This document shows, in pieces, positions 52,367 to 62,439 of a DNA stretch of 64,000 nucleotides (positions are counted from its first letter, which is position 1; each line of letters begins with the position of its first letter). A program made the position numbers and the translations under genes. The stretch is from Mollicutes bacterium. Its GTDB lineage: Bacteria > Bacillota_I > Bacilli_A > Izemoplasmatales > Izemoplasmataceae. Below the pieces are notes generated by a model. The model had not been told where the DNA came from. It did no database searches and saw only the letters and a list, made by a program, of their open reading frames with translations. The stretch spans positions 22,129 to 86,128 of the forward strand of contig PWFC01000016.1 of the NCBI GenBank assembly GCA_003554025.1, written 5' to 3'.

Positions 52367-53752
52367 ATGAAAATGACCGTTAAACGACTGTATGGAACAT
52401 ACGATACGCAAAGCGATCGAAAAATCACATTGTTTGGTTGGGTTCGAAATCATCGACCGCAAAAGGCGTTTGGGTTTATCGATTTGAACGACGGAACGTA
52501 CTTCGAAACCATTCAAGTGGTTTACGATAAGAGCCATCTTGACAATTTCGAAGAAATTCGAAAAACTCGCATTGGCTCAAGCCTTCGCGTCGAAGGGAGT
52601 GTCGAGCGAACCCCGGACCGTCCGCAGCCTTTTGAAATCAAGGCGAGAAACATCCAAGTTGTGGGCGATTCACAAGAGGATTACCCCATCCAGCCGAAAC
52701 GCCATTCCCGTGAGTTTCTCCGCGAGCATGCGCATTTGCGCAGCCGGACGAACCTTTTCACGGCGGTGTTTCGTGTGCGGAGTTTGTTGACGCACGCCAT
52801 CCATAAATTCTTCCAAGACCGCGACTTCATCCATTTGGCTTCGCCCATCATAACCGCAAGCGACGCGGAAGGCGCCGGCGAAATGTTTCAAGTGACGACG
52901 CTGGATGTCGACAACCCACCGAAATCCGGCAAGACCGTCGATTACTCGAAGGACTTTTTCGGACGCAAAGCGAACTTGACAGTGTCCGGACAGCTTCAAG
53001 CAGAAGCCTTTGCGCAAGCGTTCAAAGACGTTTACACTTTCGGACCGACTTTCCGAGCGGAAAAATCCCATACGGCTACGCACGCTTCCGAATTCTGGAT
53101 GATTGAACCCGAAATTGCGTTTGCCGATTTGCGCGACGATATGGACTTGGCCGAAGAGATGGTCAAAGAAATCATCGGCTACGTCATGAAACACGCCGAA
53201 AAGGAACTGGCCTTTTTGAACAAGTTTGTGGAGAAAGGGTTGCTTGAAAAACTCGAAAGCGTCGTCAATTCAACCTTTGCCCGCATAACTCATCGAGAAG
53301 CGGTAGAAATCTTGAAAACCGCCGAGAGAAAGTTTGAAAACGCTCCATCATACGAGAAGGACCTTGCCACCGAACACGAAAAACACTTGGCCAAACATTT
53401 TGACGCTCCTGTTTTCGTAACCGATTGGCCCAAACATATAAAGGCCTTCTACATGCGCCTAAACGACGATCAAAACACGGTAGCGGCGATGGATTTGATT
53501 GTGCCGCAAGCCGGGGAGATCATTGGCGGATCGCAAAGAGAAGAACGCTACGATGTATTGCTTCGGCGGATGGAAGAGATGAACGTCGACAGCGATGAAC
53601 TGCAATGGTACTTGGACTTGCGCAAGTACGGCACTACGCCGCATGCGGGGTTCGGCCTCGGTTTTGACCGGATGTTGATGTACATTACCGGTGTTGCGAA
53701 CATCCGAGACGTCATTCCCTTTCCGCGCACGCCGAAAAACTGCGAATTTTAG
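52367..53752 (+). CDS. asnS: asparaginyl-tRNA synthetase
   Basis: About 461 aa with an N-terminal OB-fold and class IIb motifs (FRAEKSHTATHASEFWMIEPE). The start is preceded by an AGGGAGG SD. Confidence 0.9.
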   Translation: MKMTVKRLYGTYDTQSDRKITLFGWVRNHRPQKAFGFIDLNDGTYFETIQVVYDKSHLDNFEEIRKTRIGSSLRVEGSVERTPDRPQPFEIKARNIQVVGDSQEDYPIQPKRHSREFLREHAHLRSRTNLFTAVFRVRSLLTHAIHKFFQDRDFIHLASPIITASDAEGAGEMFQVTTLDVDNPPKSGKTVDYSKDFFGRKANLTVSGQLQAEAFAQAFKDVYTFGPTFRAEKSHTATHASEFWMIEPEIAFADLRDDMDLAEEMVKEIIGYVMKHAEKELAFLNKFVEKGLLEKLESVVNSTFARITHREAVEILKTAERKFENAPSYEKDLATEHEKHLAKHFDAPVFVTDWPKHIKAFYMRLNDDQNTVAAMDLIVPQAGEIIGGSQREERYDVLLRRMEEMNVDSDELQWYLDLRKYGTTPHAGFGLGFDRMLMYITGVANIRDVIPFPRTPKNCEF

Positions 53753-53797
53753 ACCAATAAGGAAAAAGAGCTTCGGGCACACCGAAGCTCTTTTGTT

Positions 53798-54763
53798 TTA
53801 CTCTTTGCTTCCCTTGGCCTTGGATGCTTCGTTGAGGGATTCTTTTGTGGCTTTGGAGAGTTGCGGAGTGGACTTGAACGCTTCGGATAGAGTTGATGCA
53901 AGCCCGACCATGCCTTGCATATCTGAAGGAATGATAAGCTTTGTCGCCTGACCTTCGGCAACTTTCTCCATCGCTTTGTAGGCTTCGAGCCGGAGGAACG
54001 CTTCGTCGGCGTTGGCCGCTTTGATGAGTTCGATACCTTTTGAAGTCGCTTTTTGGACTTTCAAGATGGCTTCGGCTTGACCCTCGGCCTCAAGGATTCG
54101 GGTTTGACGTTCACCGTCGGCCCGGAGAATACGCGCTTCTTTTTCGCCTTCGGCGTTCAGGATTGAAGAACGTTTGTTCCCTTCGGCGATGAGGATGGAT
54201 TGACGTTTTTCACGCTCGGCGCGCATTTGTTTTTCCATGGCTTCGCGAATGTCTTTCGGGGGAATGATGTTCTTCACTTCGACACGGTTGATTTTAATGC
54301 CCCAAGGGTCGGTGGCTTCGTCAAGAATCGTGCGCATGCGTTCGTTGATATAGTCGCGCGAAGTCAAAGATTCATCCAGTTCGAGATCCCCGATGATGTT
54401 CCGCAAGGTTGTGGCGGTGATGTTTTCAATCGCTTTAATCGGGTAGTTGACACCGTAGGTGTACAGTTTCGGGTCGGTGATTTGGAAGAACACAACAGTG
54501 TCGATTTGCATGGTGACATTGTCTTTGGTGATGACGGGTTGCGGGTCAAAGTCTACCACTTGCTCTTTGATGGAAACCTTAAGTTTTACACGGTCTACAA
54601 ACGGGAGCAAGAAATGGATGCCCACATCCCAAGTGGTGTAGTAGCCACCGAGTCGTTCGACGATGAAACGGTTGGCCTGGGTGACAATGGTAAAGCGGGT
54701 TGCCAAATAAATCAAGATGATCACAACAACAGCGATGATGAGAATAACGCCTATGGTTGGCAT
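53798..54763 (-). CDS. SPFH/band-7 (stomatin/flotillin-like) membrane protein
   Basis: About 321 aa with an N-terminal TM, an SPFH domain and a coiled-coil EA-rich C-terminus. The start at MPTIGV has a GGAGGA SD. Confidence 0.8.
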   Translation of the reverse strand: MPTIGVILIIAVVVIILIYLATRFTIVTQANRFIVERLGGYYTTWDVGIHFLLPFVDRVKLKVSIKEQVVDFDPQPVITKDNVTMQIDTVVFFQITDPKLYTYGVNYPIKAIENITATTLRNIIGDLELDESLTSRDYINERMRTILDEATDPWGIKINRVEVKNIIPPKDIREAMEKQMRAEREKRQSILIAEGNKRSSILNAEGEKEARILRADGERQTRILEAEGQAEAILKVQKATSKGIELIKAANADEAFLRLEAYKAMEKVAEGQATKLIIPSDMQGMVGLASTLSEAFKSTPQLSKATKESLNEASKAKGSKE

Positions 54764-54832
54764 GCACAAATCCTCCTTCAAATTAGGTAATAAGGGATTT
54801 TATAGCGAACACTAAGGTGTCTTGTTTCCGGT

Positions 54833-55435
54833 TTAAATTGGATAGGGAACGTCGATATAGATGACTTTCAAGCCTGAAATATGGTCACGGAGTGTTTTTC
54901 GGTCTTTGGTAAAGGCGATAAACAAGAAATCGATCCAAATGCCGATGCTTAGTGTAAAGGCCCAGAAAAAGCCTTTCCAAAGCACTTCCCGCATGAAGAG
55001 CGACCACCAGTTCACTCGACCGCTAAGTTCGATGTCCATCCATTTGCGGCCGAATGTGTTGCCTTTCATCAGGCCTTGGTAGATGTAGTTGCCAATCACC
55101 CAACCGGTATAGAAATACAGCACGACGCTCATCAGGTAGGGAACAACCGCTGCGTATTCTTCGTTGTAATCATCTTCAAGTTCTTGGATGTCTTGTTCAT
55201 AATCGGAGCGGGTGTAGGTTTCGTCTTCTTCTAAGCGTCTAGCCAGACGGTCTCGTTCTTCGTTCAATTCTCTTGCCGCAACCGCCCAGTCGAGATTCCA
55301 TTGTTCTTCGTCGTAACCCGTTGCCTCTCGGAGGAGCGGATTGCCGACGATGCGAAACGAAGTGAATACGAGTGCGATGATGATGGTGAAGTCTATGGTA
55401 AAACTTGCGAGACGTTTAAAAGCGCTTGCTGTCAT
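54833..55435 (-). CDS. RDD-family membrane protein
   Basis: 200 aa with an acidic soluble loop (EERDRLARRLEEDETY…) between TM helices. It overlaps the nfeD stop by 4 nt. Confidence 0.55.
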   Translation of the reverse strand: MTASAFKRLASFTIDFTIIIALVFTSFRIVGNPLLREATGYDEEQWNLDWAVAARELNEERDRLARRLEEDETYTRSDYEQDIQELEDDYNEEYAAVVPYLMSVVLYFYTGWVIGNYIYQGLMKGNTFGRKWMDIELSGRVNWWSLFMREVLWKGFFWAFTLSIGIWIDFLFIAFTKDRKTLRDHISGLKVIYIDVPYPI

Positions 55436-55872
55436 AGTTTCACCACGATTAGTTTGACACCCTCAATCGAAAGAATCTCCACTTTTTCGTCGACTTCGAT
55501 GGGTTCGTTTCCCGCGGAGATGGCGGTCCAATACTTTCCATCAATTTTCACTTCGCCGCGTTCTCCCGGCTCAATTTGTTTGGTGCAAACGGCAACTTTT
55601 CCCACTAGCCTGTCCGCGTTTGTGCCTATGATGTTGGTGCGAAAGTATTTCTTGGCCAAAGGCCGGACGCTCAGCAAAAGGAATATTGAGACGCCGATGA
55701 ATACGAGAAGCTGCACCATCACGGATTGTCCAAGGATGGCCAAAACGAATGAAAAGACCGCTCCAATGCTGAACCAGAGGCTGGTTAGGTCCATGGTAAC
55801 CACTTCAATGAAGGCCGCGAACAAAATGACTGCGAACCAGATAACCATGAAAAGGATGTCTATCGTTTCCAT
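55432..55872 (-). CDS. NfeD-like short-form protein (membrane anchor + C-terminal OB-fold)
   Basis: 146 aa with 2-3 TM helices, then a β-rich C-terminus (GKVAVCTKQIEPGERGEVKIDGKYWTA). Confidence 0.7.
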   Translation of the reverse strand: METIDILFMVIWFAVILFAAFIEVVTMDLTSLWFSIGAVFSFVLAILGQSVMVQLLVFIGVSIFLLLSVRPLAKKYFRTNIIGTNADRLVGKVAVCTKQIEPGERGEVKIDGKYWTAISAGNEPIEVDEKVEILSIEGVKLIVVKL

Positions 55873-56258
55873 TACAATTCCTCCTCAACGACGTTGAGAT
55901 CGATAATGAGTGCTTTTTCCTGCGGGTTCCAGGTGGTTTTGAACTTGAGGGCGTTGTTGTCTTTCAAGTTCAATCCCGCTATTTCGATCACATCTTGTAT
56001 GAATTTTTTGTTGCAAACTCTTGCGTAGCTGGGTCTTACGGTGATTTTATGTTTTTTTTCTTCAGGTATGGTTCCTCTTTGAAATTCTTGCTTGGTGATT
56101 GGTTTGATGGCGATTCTTTTTTTCTCCCTGTCAAGCCCCAATAAGACGCTGTAGGCATGGTCAAAGTGCGTACTGGCGCTTTTGTTGAGAGTTATATTGG
56201 ATTCGTAGAGAGTTGCCAAACCCTCTCGTGGCTTTCGGGATGCCCATTCAAAACTCAC
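55872..56258 (-). CDS. hypothetical soluble protein, translationally coupled to nfeD
   Basis: 128 aa with no TM segment. Its stop TAA overlaps the nfeD ATG (TAATG). I recognise no family. Confidence 0.4.
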   Translation of the reverse strand: MSFEWASRKPREGLATLYESNITLNKSASTHFDHAYSVLLGLDREKKRIAIKPITKQEFQRGTIPEEKKHKITVRPSYARVCNKKFIQDVIEIAGLNLKDNNALKFKTTWNPQEKALIIDLNVVEEEL

Positions 56259-56391
56259 AAGCTAACACCTCCGTATCGTGATGATTCAATTGTATACAAT
56301 ATTTTCATAAAATTCAACAAATTATTTTTATTATTTTCGTTTATATTGTAATCGACTGGTGTTTTGGTATAGTATAACATGATTTGGAGGG

Positions 56392-57201
56392 ATGAATATG
56401 TCAATGGCAAAAGATTATCATAAGGATATGATTAAGCGATACAGGGGCGAATTGTGGTCGAAATTCATTCGCGCCATCAAGCAATATTCACTCATTGAAA
56501 ACGGCGACAAGATAGCGGTGGCCTTAAGCGGAGGCAAAGATTCATTTTTGCTGGCGAAAATGTTGAGCGAACTAAGAAGGCATCCTTTGGTTGATTTTGA
56601 CATAGTTGTCGTCGCCATGGATCCGGGGTATGACCCGAAAGATGTCGAAAGAATACGAGAAACCGCCAAGTCTTTGGGATTGAACATTGTCGTTGAGAAG
56701 AAAGACATTTTCAAGGTGGTCGGCAAAAAAGCGCCGGACAATCCTTGTTATCTTTGCGCGCGTATGCGCCGCGGGTCTTTGTACGCTTTGGCCGAAAAAC
56801 ACGGGTGCAACAAGCTCGCTTTGGGCCATCATTTTGACGATGTGGTTGAGACGACGCTTTTGAACATGTTCTTTTCGGGAACGTTTAAGACAATGTTGCC
56901 AAAAGTGTCTTCGGATAATTTTGAAGGCATCGAGTTGATACGCCCTTTATACTTTATCAAAGAACAGGCGGTAAAAAAAATCACAAGCCGCAACAACATC
57001 GACACTATGGATTGCGGTTGCACGGTCGCTTCCGGGGAACGACCATCGAAAAGGCAAGAAATCAAAGAGCTTTTGGCGTCTTTGAAAAAGGTGCACAAAG
57101 ACGTGGAAAAATGCATTTTCCGCTCCGCCTCCAACGTGAATTTGGACTATGTGCTGGCGTGGGAGAAAGACGGTGAAAAACACCGTTTTGACGATGAATG
57201 A
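56392..57201 (+). CDS. PP-loop ATPase, TtcA-like tRNA thiolation enzyme
   Basis: 269 aa. It has the SGGKDS PP-loop and Cys pairs (CYLCARMRRG, CGCT) typical of TtcA/[4Fe-4S] tRNA sulfurtransferases. Confidence 0.7.
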   Translation: MNMSMAKDYHKDMIKRYRGELWSKFIRAIKQYSLIENGDKIAVALSGGKDSFLLAKMLSELRRHPLVDFDIVVVAMDPGYDPKDVERIRETAKSLGLNIVVEKKDIFKVVGKKAPDNPCYLCARMRRGSLYALAEKHGCNKLALGHHFDDVVETTLLNMFFSGTFKTMLPKVSSDNFEGIELIRPLYFIKEQAVKKITSRNNIDTMDCGCTVASGERPSKRQEIKELLASLKKVHKDVEKCIFRSASNVNLDYVLAWEKDGEKHRFDDE

Positions 57202-58551
57202 TTATTTCCCCAGACAAAACCTTGAAAAAAGAGTGTCGATGAGTTCGGAATCGCCCGATTCGCCGATGATTTCTCCCAACGTTTCCCAAGCGTTTTTCAA
57301 GTCCACTTCGATGACATCTACGGGCATTTGATCGCGAGCGGCTTTCAAGGCGTCATCAAGCATGGATTTTGCCTGACGCATTTTGGCGATATGTCGAGCG
57401 TTGGCCAGATAGGTTTGTCCAGAAAGATCGATTTCCTCTTGCAAAAACATGTCTTTAATCCTTTTTTCAAGCGCGTCGATGTTGGTTTTTTTCAAAGCGC
57501 TGATTTGGACCCCGTCTTCAAAATCGCGGTTGATTTTGCTTTCTAAGTCGATTTTTTTGATGATGACGACTCGGTTTTTATGCGCCGTCATCTCCAAAAG
57601 ACGTTCGTCATCTTTACGGATCGGTTCGTTATTGTTGAGGACGTAGAGAATCAACTCTGCCTCTTCAACGATTTTCTTCGTTTTGTCAATGCCGATTCTT
57701 TCGATCAAATCGTCGGAATCGCGGATGCCGGCGGTGTCGAACAGGTTCAAAACTATGCCGCCGATATTGATTTGCCCTTCAACGATGTCGCGGGTGGTGC
57801 CCCTGATTTCGGTCACAATCGCTTTTTCCTCTTTCAAGAGGGCGTTCAACACGCTGCTTTTTCCGACGTTTGGTCGTCCGATAATGGCGGTTTTAATGCC
57901 TTCTCTCAGGACTTTCCCGGTGGACGCGCGTTTTAGGATGGTGTTGACATTTTCCAATAAATTTTGCGTTTTCGGAATCAACACCTCACCGGTCAGCTCC
58001 TCAATATCGTCATATTCGGGATAGTCGATATGCACTTCTATATGCGCGATAATCTCCATAAGTTGCTCCCGGAGCGAAACGATCAAATCGCGCACTTCGC
58101 CTTGCAGACCTTTACCCGCGAGGCGAAGGCCATACTCGCTTCTCGCTTCGACGATGTCCATCACACTTTCCGCTTGCGTCAAGTCGATGCGGCCGTTTAA
58201 GAAAGCACGTTCTGTAAATTCGCCTTTTTCGGCCATTCTCGCTCCTTTTGCAACAATCAATTCCAATATTTTTTGGGTAACGAACGCCCCGCCATGGCAG
58301 TTTATTTCAACCATGTCTTCACGGGTGAAGGTTTTCGGGGCTTTAAAGACACTGACGAGGACTTCGTCAATCAAGATGTCTTCGTCGTATATTTTTCCAT
58401 AATGAATCGTATGAGAGGACGCTTCGTGCAAGTCCTTGCCCTTGAAGATGGAATTCGCAATCTGAAAAACATCGTCACCGCTCATGCGGACGATGTTGAT
58501 GGCGCTTTTGCCAAGAGCCGTAGAAATGGCGACTATAGTGTCTTTTTTCAT
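57202..58551 (-). CDS. mnmE: tRNA modification GTPase MnmE
   Basis: 449 aa with G-domain motifs (GRPNVGKSS) and a C-terminal CLGK. Confidence 0.9.
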   Translation of the reverse strand: MKKDTIVAISTALGKSAINIVRMSGDDVFQIANSIFKGKDLHEASSHTIHYGKIYDEDILIDEVLVSVFKAPKTFTREDMVEINCHGGAFVTQKILELIVAKGARMAEKGEFTERAFLNGRIDLTQAESVMDIVEARSEYGLRLAGKGLQGEVRDLIVSLREQLMEIIAHIEVHIDYPEYDDIEELTGEVLIPKTQNLLENVNTILKRASTGKVLREGIKTAIIGRPNVGKSSVLNALLKEEKAIVTEIRGTTRDIVEGQINIGGIVLNLFDTAGIRDSDDLIERIGIDKTKKIVEEAELILYVLNNNEPIRKDDERLLEMTAHKNRVVIIKKIDLESKINRDFEDGVQISALKKTNIDALEKRIKDMFLQEEIDLSGQTYLANARHIAKMRQAKSMLDDALKAARDQMPVDVIEVDLKNAWETLGEIIGESGDSELIDTLFSRFCLGK

Positions 58552-58622
58552 AGCTAATCACCCAAATTAATTATATCATAATCGTCGCTTTTATAGTATA
58601 ATACGAAATAGGTGGTTTTAAA

Positions 58623-59123
58623 ATGATTAGGATAAAAAGAAAGAAAGATTTACGCTATTACATGCAAGTTTTCGCTTCGTCCATCGTAGCGATTTTGCTT
58701 TTGGCGACCTTTATGCACTTCTTTCGTGATGAAGCTTTTCTTGAAGTTTTGGAAAGGTTTTGGGCGTTGCCCCTGCTCATAACGCTTCTTTTTTGGGCGT
58801 ATAACGCTATTCGAGGAAGGCTGTTTGCCGGATTTGAAAGCGCTAGTGAGGAAAGAGAGTTCATCTTGCATATGTCCAAGACGGTCAAGGAACAACTTGA
58901 CATCAATGAGGAACAGGCTTTGAAACTGCGCGAAGACGCAACATTTCAGTCCGTTATGAAAGACGCTTATTTGGTCTATCGCGACGGAGAAACAGATGAC
59001 AAAAACTTTTCCGTTTTCCAGTCCCGATTGGATGAGAAGAAAAACGAACTGGTTAAAAACGCCGGTTTGATCGTCATAGAAGAAACCAAGAAGCTCCGTG
59101 AGAAGAAAATTCGCCATCAGTAA
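58623..59123 (+). CDS. hypothetical membrane protein
   Basis: 166 aa. It has two N-terminal hydrophobic helices, then a charged, coiled-coil-like C-terminus. Confidence 0.4.
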   Translation: MIRIKRKKDLRYYMQVFASSIVAILLLATFMHFFRDEAFLEVLERFWALPLLITLLFWAYNAIRGRLFAGFESASEEREFILHMSKTVKEQLDINEEQALKLREDATFQSVMKDAYLVYRDGETDDKNFSVFQSRLDEKKNELVKNAGLIVIEETKKLREKKIRHQ

Positions 59124-59138
59124 GCGAGGTGTATAACG

Positions 59139-61091
59139 ATGGCCTACAAGGCACTCTATCGAACATATCGGCCCAAAGACTTTGACGAAGTCGCCGGCCA
59201 GGAACACATCACAAAAACCTTCAAAAACGCCTTGAAGCATGAAAAGCTTTCGCATGCTTATTTGTTCAGCGGCCCTCGCGGCACCGGAAAAACAAGCGTT
59301 GCCAAAATCATTGCCAAAGCGGTGAACTGCGAGAAGGCTCCGGTTGAGAATCCGTGTAACGAATGCGACATATGCCGCGGCATTGACAAAAACACCATTC
59401 ATGACGTTATAGAAATCGACGCCGCCAGCAACAACGGTGTCGATGAAATTCGCGAGTTGCGCGACAAAGTCAAGTATTTGCCGGGCGTTGGCAAATACAA
59501 AGTGTACATCATCGATGAGGTTCATATGCTTTCCATCGGCGCGTTCAATGCGCTGCTAAAAACATTGGAGGAACCCCCGAAACACGTGATTTTCATTTTG
59601 GCCACCACCGAGCCTCACAAAATCCCTTCCACCATCCACTCCCGATGCCAACGCTTTGATTTCCGCGGCATTGGCAAGAAGGAAATTTTGACCCGCCTTA
59701 AAAACATCGTTGACAAAGAATCCATTCAGGTGAACGAAGAAGCGCTGGTTCATATCGCCGAATCGGCCGAAGGCGGAATGCGCGACGCCATCAGCTTGTT
59801 GGACCAGGTCGTCTCCTACAGTGAAGACACCATCACCGTTGACGATGTGCACGCCATTAAAGGGTCTATATCTCACGATGTCGTTTTGGACATCGCCAAA
59901 GCCTTGAAAAACAACGACGTCGTCAAAGGGTTGAACGCTTTGGACCGCTTGCTTGAAGAGGGCAAAGAAAGCCACAAGATTGTGGACGACTTGATGACCT
60001 TCTACCGAGACGTGCTCCTAGTGAAAAACGCCGAGGTGGAAACCAAAAAATCTCTCCATGAAAAGAAGGCGTTTTTGACGCTTACAGAGGAACTTTCCAA
60101 CCCGATGCTTTTTCATTATATCGACATTTTGAGCACCACCAAGCAGCAAATGCGGTTTGCCTCGCAAGGCAAGCTGTTTTTGGAACTGGCGTTCATCAAA
60201 ATGGTCGATGACGATTTAAAGGACCGCCCGAAAACGTTGGAAACCATCAAAGCGTTGCGAGACGATTTTTCGGAAGTCGAACGCAAAGTCGAAAACCTAG
60301 AAAACGATATAGTGACGCTGTCCGAATCTTCCGGCCAAGGTCAACCTGTGCAAAAGGAGAAGACACCGGCCGACGCCGTTTTTGACCATTACGAGCAAGA
60401 ATCTTCACAAGAAGAAACCACGGAAACAAGCAATCCAACTATAGAGCCAAAAGACGATACAAAAAGCGCCGAAAGTGAAGAAAAACCGCAAACGTCCGAA
60501 ACAAACAAAGACGACAAGGAAGAAACGTCGGATAAGGACAATTATCGCTTTCTCTACGATAAGTATTCGCAAAAGAAATACGGAACGTTCGACATCCGTT
60601 TTGTTGAAGATGTCTTGAACACAGCCGACCGAGGCGTTAAAATTGAGATGGTCAAAAAATGGTACGACATTGAACGATTTGTCGATGAAAAGAAACTTGA
60701 ATACGCCAAAATGATTACCGATGGAACCTTGGTTGCGACCAACGGAGTCATGATGATCGTCGCATACGACAGCCCGGTGGTTTGCAATCGGCTGATGAAA
60801 CCGCAAATCAAATCGCAAATTGTGGAGATACTCGAGGCGTATTTCGGAAGACCGACCATGTTCTTGGCGCTTCCTGAAAAAGTATGGGAACGCATTTCGG
60901 CCGAGTTCATCAAAAAATTCCGAAACCGTGAAAACACAAATGAGTTTATACGATTGACGCCCATTGAGCATCCTCGTCTCGTTGAAATTCCCGATACCGA
61001 AGAAAACTACGACGATGTTGCCAGCGACAGCGTCAAAGAAGCCAAAGACATCTTCGGCGATGACGTTGTGAAAGTGAAGAAAGGAGAATAG
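59139..61091 (+). CDS. dnaX: DNA polymerase III subunit gamma/tau
   Basis: 650 aa. AAA+ Walker A GPRGTGKTS, a zinc module CNECDIC and a low-complexity tau linker. Confidence 0.9.
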   Translation: MAYKALYRTYRPKDFDEVAGQEHITKTFKNALKHEKLSHAYLFSGPRGTGKTSVAKIIAKAVNCEKAPVENPCNECDICRGIDKNTIHDVIEIDAASNNGVDEIRELRDKVKYLPGVGKYKVYIIDEVHMLSIGAFNALLKTLEEPPKHVIFILATTEPHKIPSTIHSRCQRFDFRGIGKKEILTRLKNIVDKESIQVNEEALVHIAESAEGGMRDAISLLDQVVSYSEDTITVDDVHAIKGSISHDVVLDIAKALKNNDVVKGLNALDRLLEEGKESHKIVDDLMTFYRDVLLVKNAEVETKKSLHEKKAFLTLTEELSNPMLFHYIDILSTTKQQMRFASQGKLFLELAFIKMVDDDLKDRPKTLETIKALRDDFSEVERKVENLENDIVTLSESSGQGQPVQKEKTPADAVFDHYEQESSQEETTETSNPTIEPKDDTKSAESEEKPQTSETNKDDKEETSDKDNYRFLYDKYSQKKYGTFDIRFVEDVLNTADRGVKIEMVKKWYDIERFVDEKKLEYAKMITDGTLVATNGVMMIVAYDSPVVCNRLMKPQIKSQIVEILEAYFGRPTMFLALPEKVWERISAEFIKKFRNRENTNEFIRLTPIEHPRLVEIPDTEENYDDVASDSVKEAKDIFGDDVVKVKKGE

Positions 61092-61093
61092 AC

Positions 61094-61396
61094 ATGAATC
61101 AAAACATGATCAAAAAGTTACAGCAAATGCAAAAGGAAATGAAAGAGGCGCAAGAGCAGCTTGAAAAGTCCATCTTTTATGGCCAAGCCGGCGGTCAAAC
61201 GGTGGAAGTCGAGTTTAACGGCGCAAAAGAAATGCAAAGCATTAACATCAATCGGGAGGCCTTTGAGCTTCCCGACGATTACGATATGCTTGAAGACACC
61301 ATTATCGCAGCCGTCAATGATTGCATGAAAAAGATTGATGAAGAAACGCAAGAAACCCTTGGGAAGTATACCCAAGGAATGCCCGGGATGTTTTAG
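61094..61396 (+). CDS. ybaB: nucleoid-associated protein YbaB/EbfC
   Basis: 100 aa. YbaB family in the conserved dnaX-ybaB-recR context. Confidence 0.85.
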   Translation: MNQNMIKKLQQMQKEMKEAQEQLEKSIFYGQAGGQTVEVEFNGAKEMQSININREAFELPDDYDMLEDTIIAAVNDCMKKIDEETQETLGKYTQGMPGMF

Positions 61397-62004
61397 TGAT
61401 AAAAGCGCGCTACCCAGAAGCCTTGAATGTGTTGATCGAACAATTCATGCGCTACCCCGGGGTGGGGAAAAAGACGGCCGAACGGTTCGCTTTGCACAGC
61501 ATATCAAATTTTAAAGACGAAGACTACGAACACTTTATGGATGCACTGCATAGGGTAAAAGAAGAAATACAACCATGCGAGCTTTGCGGCAATTTGAGCG
61601 ATCAAACCCGTTGTGAAATATGTTCGGACAAAACCCGTGACACTTCCAAAATATTGGTGGTTGAAGAAAGCAAAGATGTCATCGTGGTGGAAAAAACCGG
61701 TACTTACGACGGTCTTTACCATGTTTTAGGCGGTGTCCTTTCTCCAAGCAATGGCATTGGCCCTGAAGAACTGCGTGTCAAAGAGCTTCTTAAACGCCTT
61801 AAAGACAGCGAACATAAAGAAGTCATCCTAGCTACCAATTTAAGCGACGAGGGTGAAACGACGGCGTTGTATTTGCAAAGATTGCTAAAAGACACGGATC
61901 TTCTTTTGACCCGTATCGCTTATGGCATGCCGGCAGGCGGAAACATTGGATACGCCGATGAAATAACACTAAACAAAGCGCTTGAAGGCAGAAAGAAATT
62001 CTAA
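61396..62004 (+). CDS. recR: recombination protein RecR
   Basis: About 202 aa with a helix-hairpin-helix (PGVGKKTAERFA), a C4 zinc finger (CELCGN…CEIC) and Toprim. A GTG start overlaps the ybaB stop by 1 nt. Confidence 0.85.
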   Translation: MIKARYPEALNVLIEQFMRYPGVGKKTAERFALHSISNFKDEDYEHFMDALHRVKEEIQPCELCGNLSDQTRCEICSDKTRDTSKILVVEESKDVIVVEKTGTYDGLYHVLGGVLSPSNGIGPEELRVKELLKRLKDSEHKEVILATNLSDEGETTALYLQRLLKDTDLLLTRIAYGMPAGGNIGYADEITLNKALEGRKKF

Positions 62005-62151
62005 ATGTTTACAGGGTGTTTCTTCATCAAATTCGGTGCAACGCGACAATGATTTTCGCTTATAAGTAATATTTACAAAAATTGCCTATGTAATTGTTAG
62101 GTATTTTTCGGTATAATGTAGGTAAACATAAACCAAACAAAGGGTGATTGG

Positions 62152-62439
62152 ATGTTAAATTGGATTGATTCGTCGTTGTTTTTATTGTCCGACTTGCCGA
62201 TAATCGGACCGGTGTTGCGTTACATTGAAGACCTAATTCCTTTGGGTTCCGCGATTGATCGGGCGTACGATTTTGCCACTTCTTTATCGTTTGGCGAACA
62301 GTTGGTCTTTTCGATTCTTTTGGCGCTTATCCTTATTTTAGGCGTTGTTTCGTTGGTTAGGAAAATGTTGAAACTATTAATTGTAATCGCTATCTTGTTT
62401 GGTCTTTGGCTTCTTTACAACCAAGGAATCATTGGTTAA
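62152..62439 (+). CDS. hypothetical small membrane protein
   Basis: 95 aa with 2-3 hydrophobic helices. It lies in an AT-rich island flanked by long non-coding spacers. Confidence 0.35.
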   Translation: MLNWIDSSLFLLSDLPIIGPVLRYIEDLIPLGSAIDRAYDFATSLSFGEQLVFSILLALILILGVVSLVRKMLKLLIVIAILFGLWLLYNQGIIG

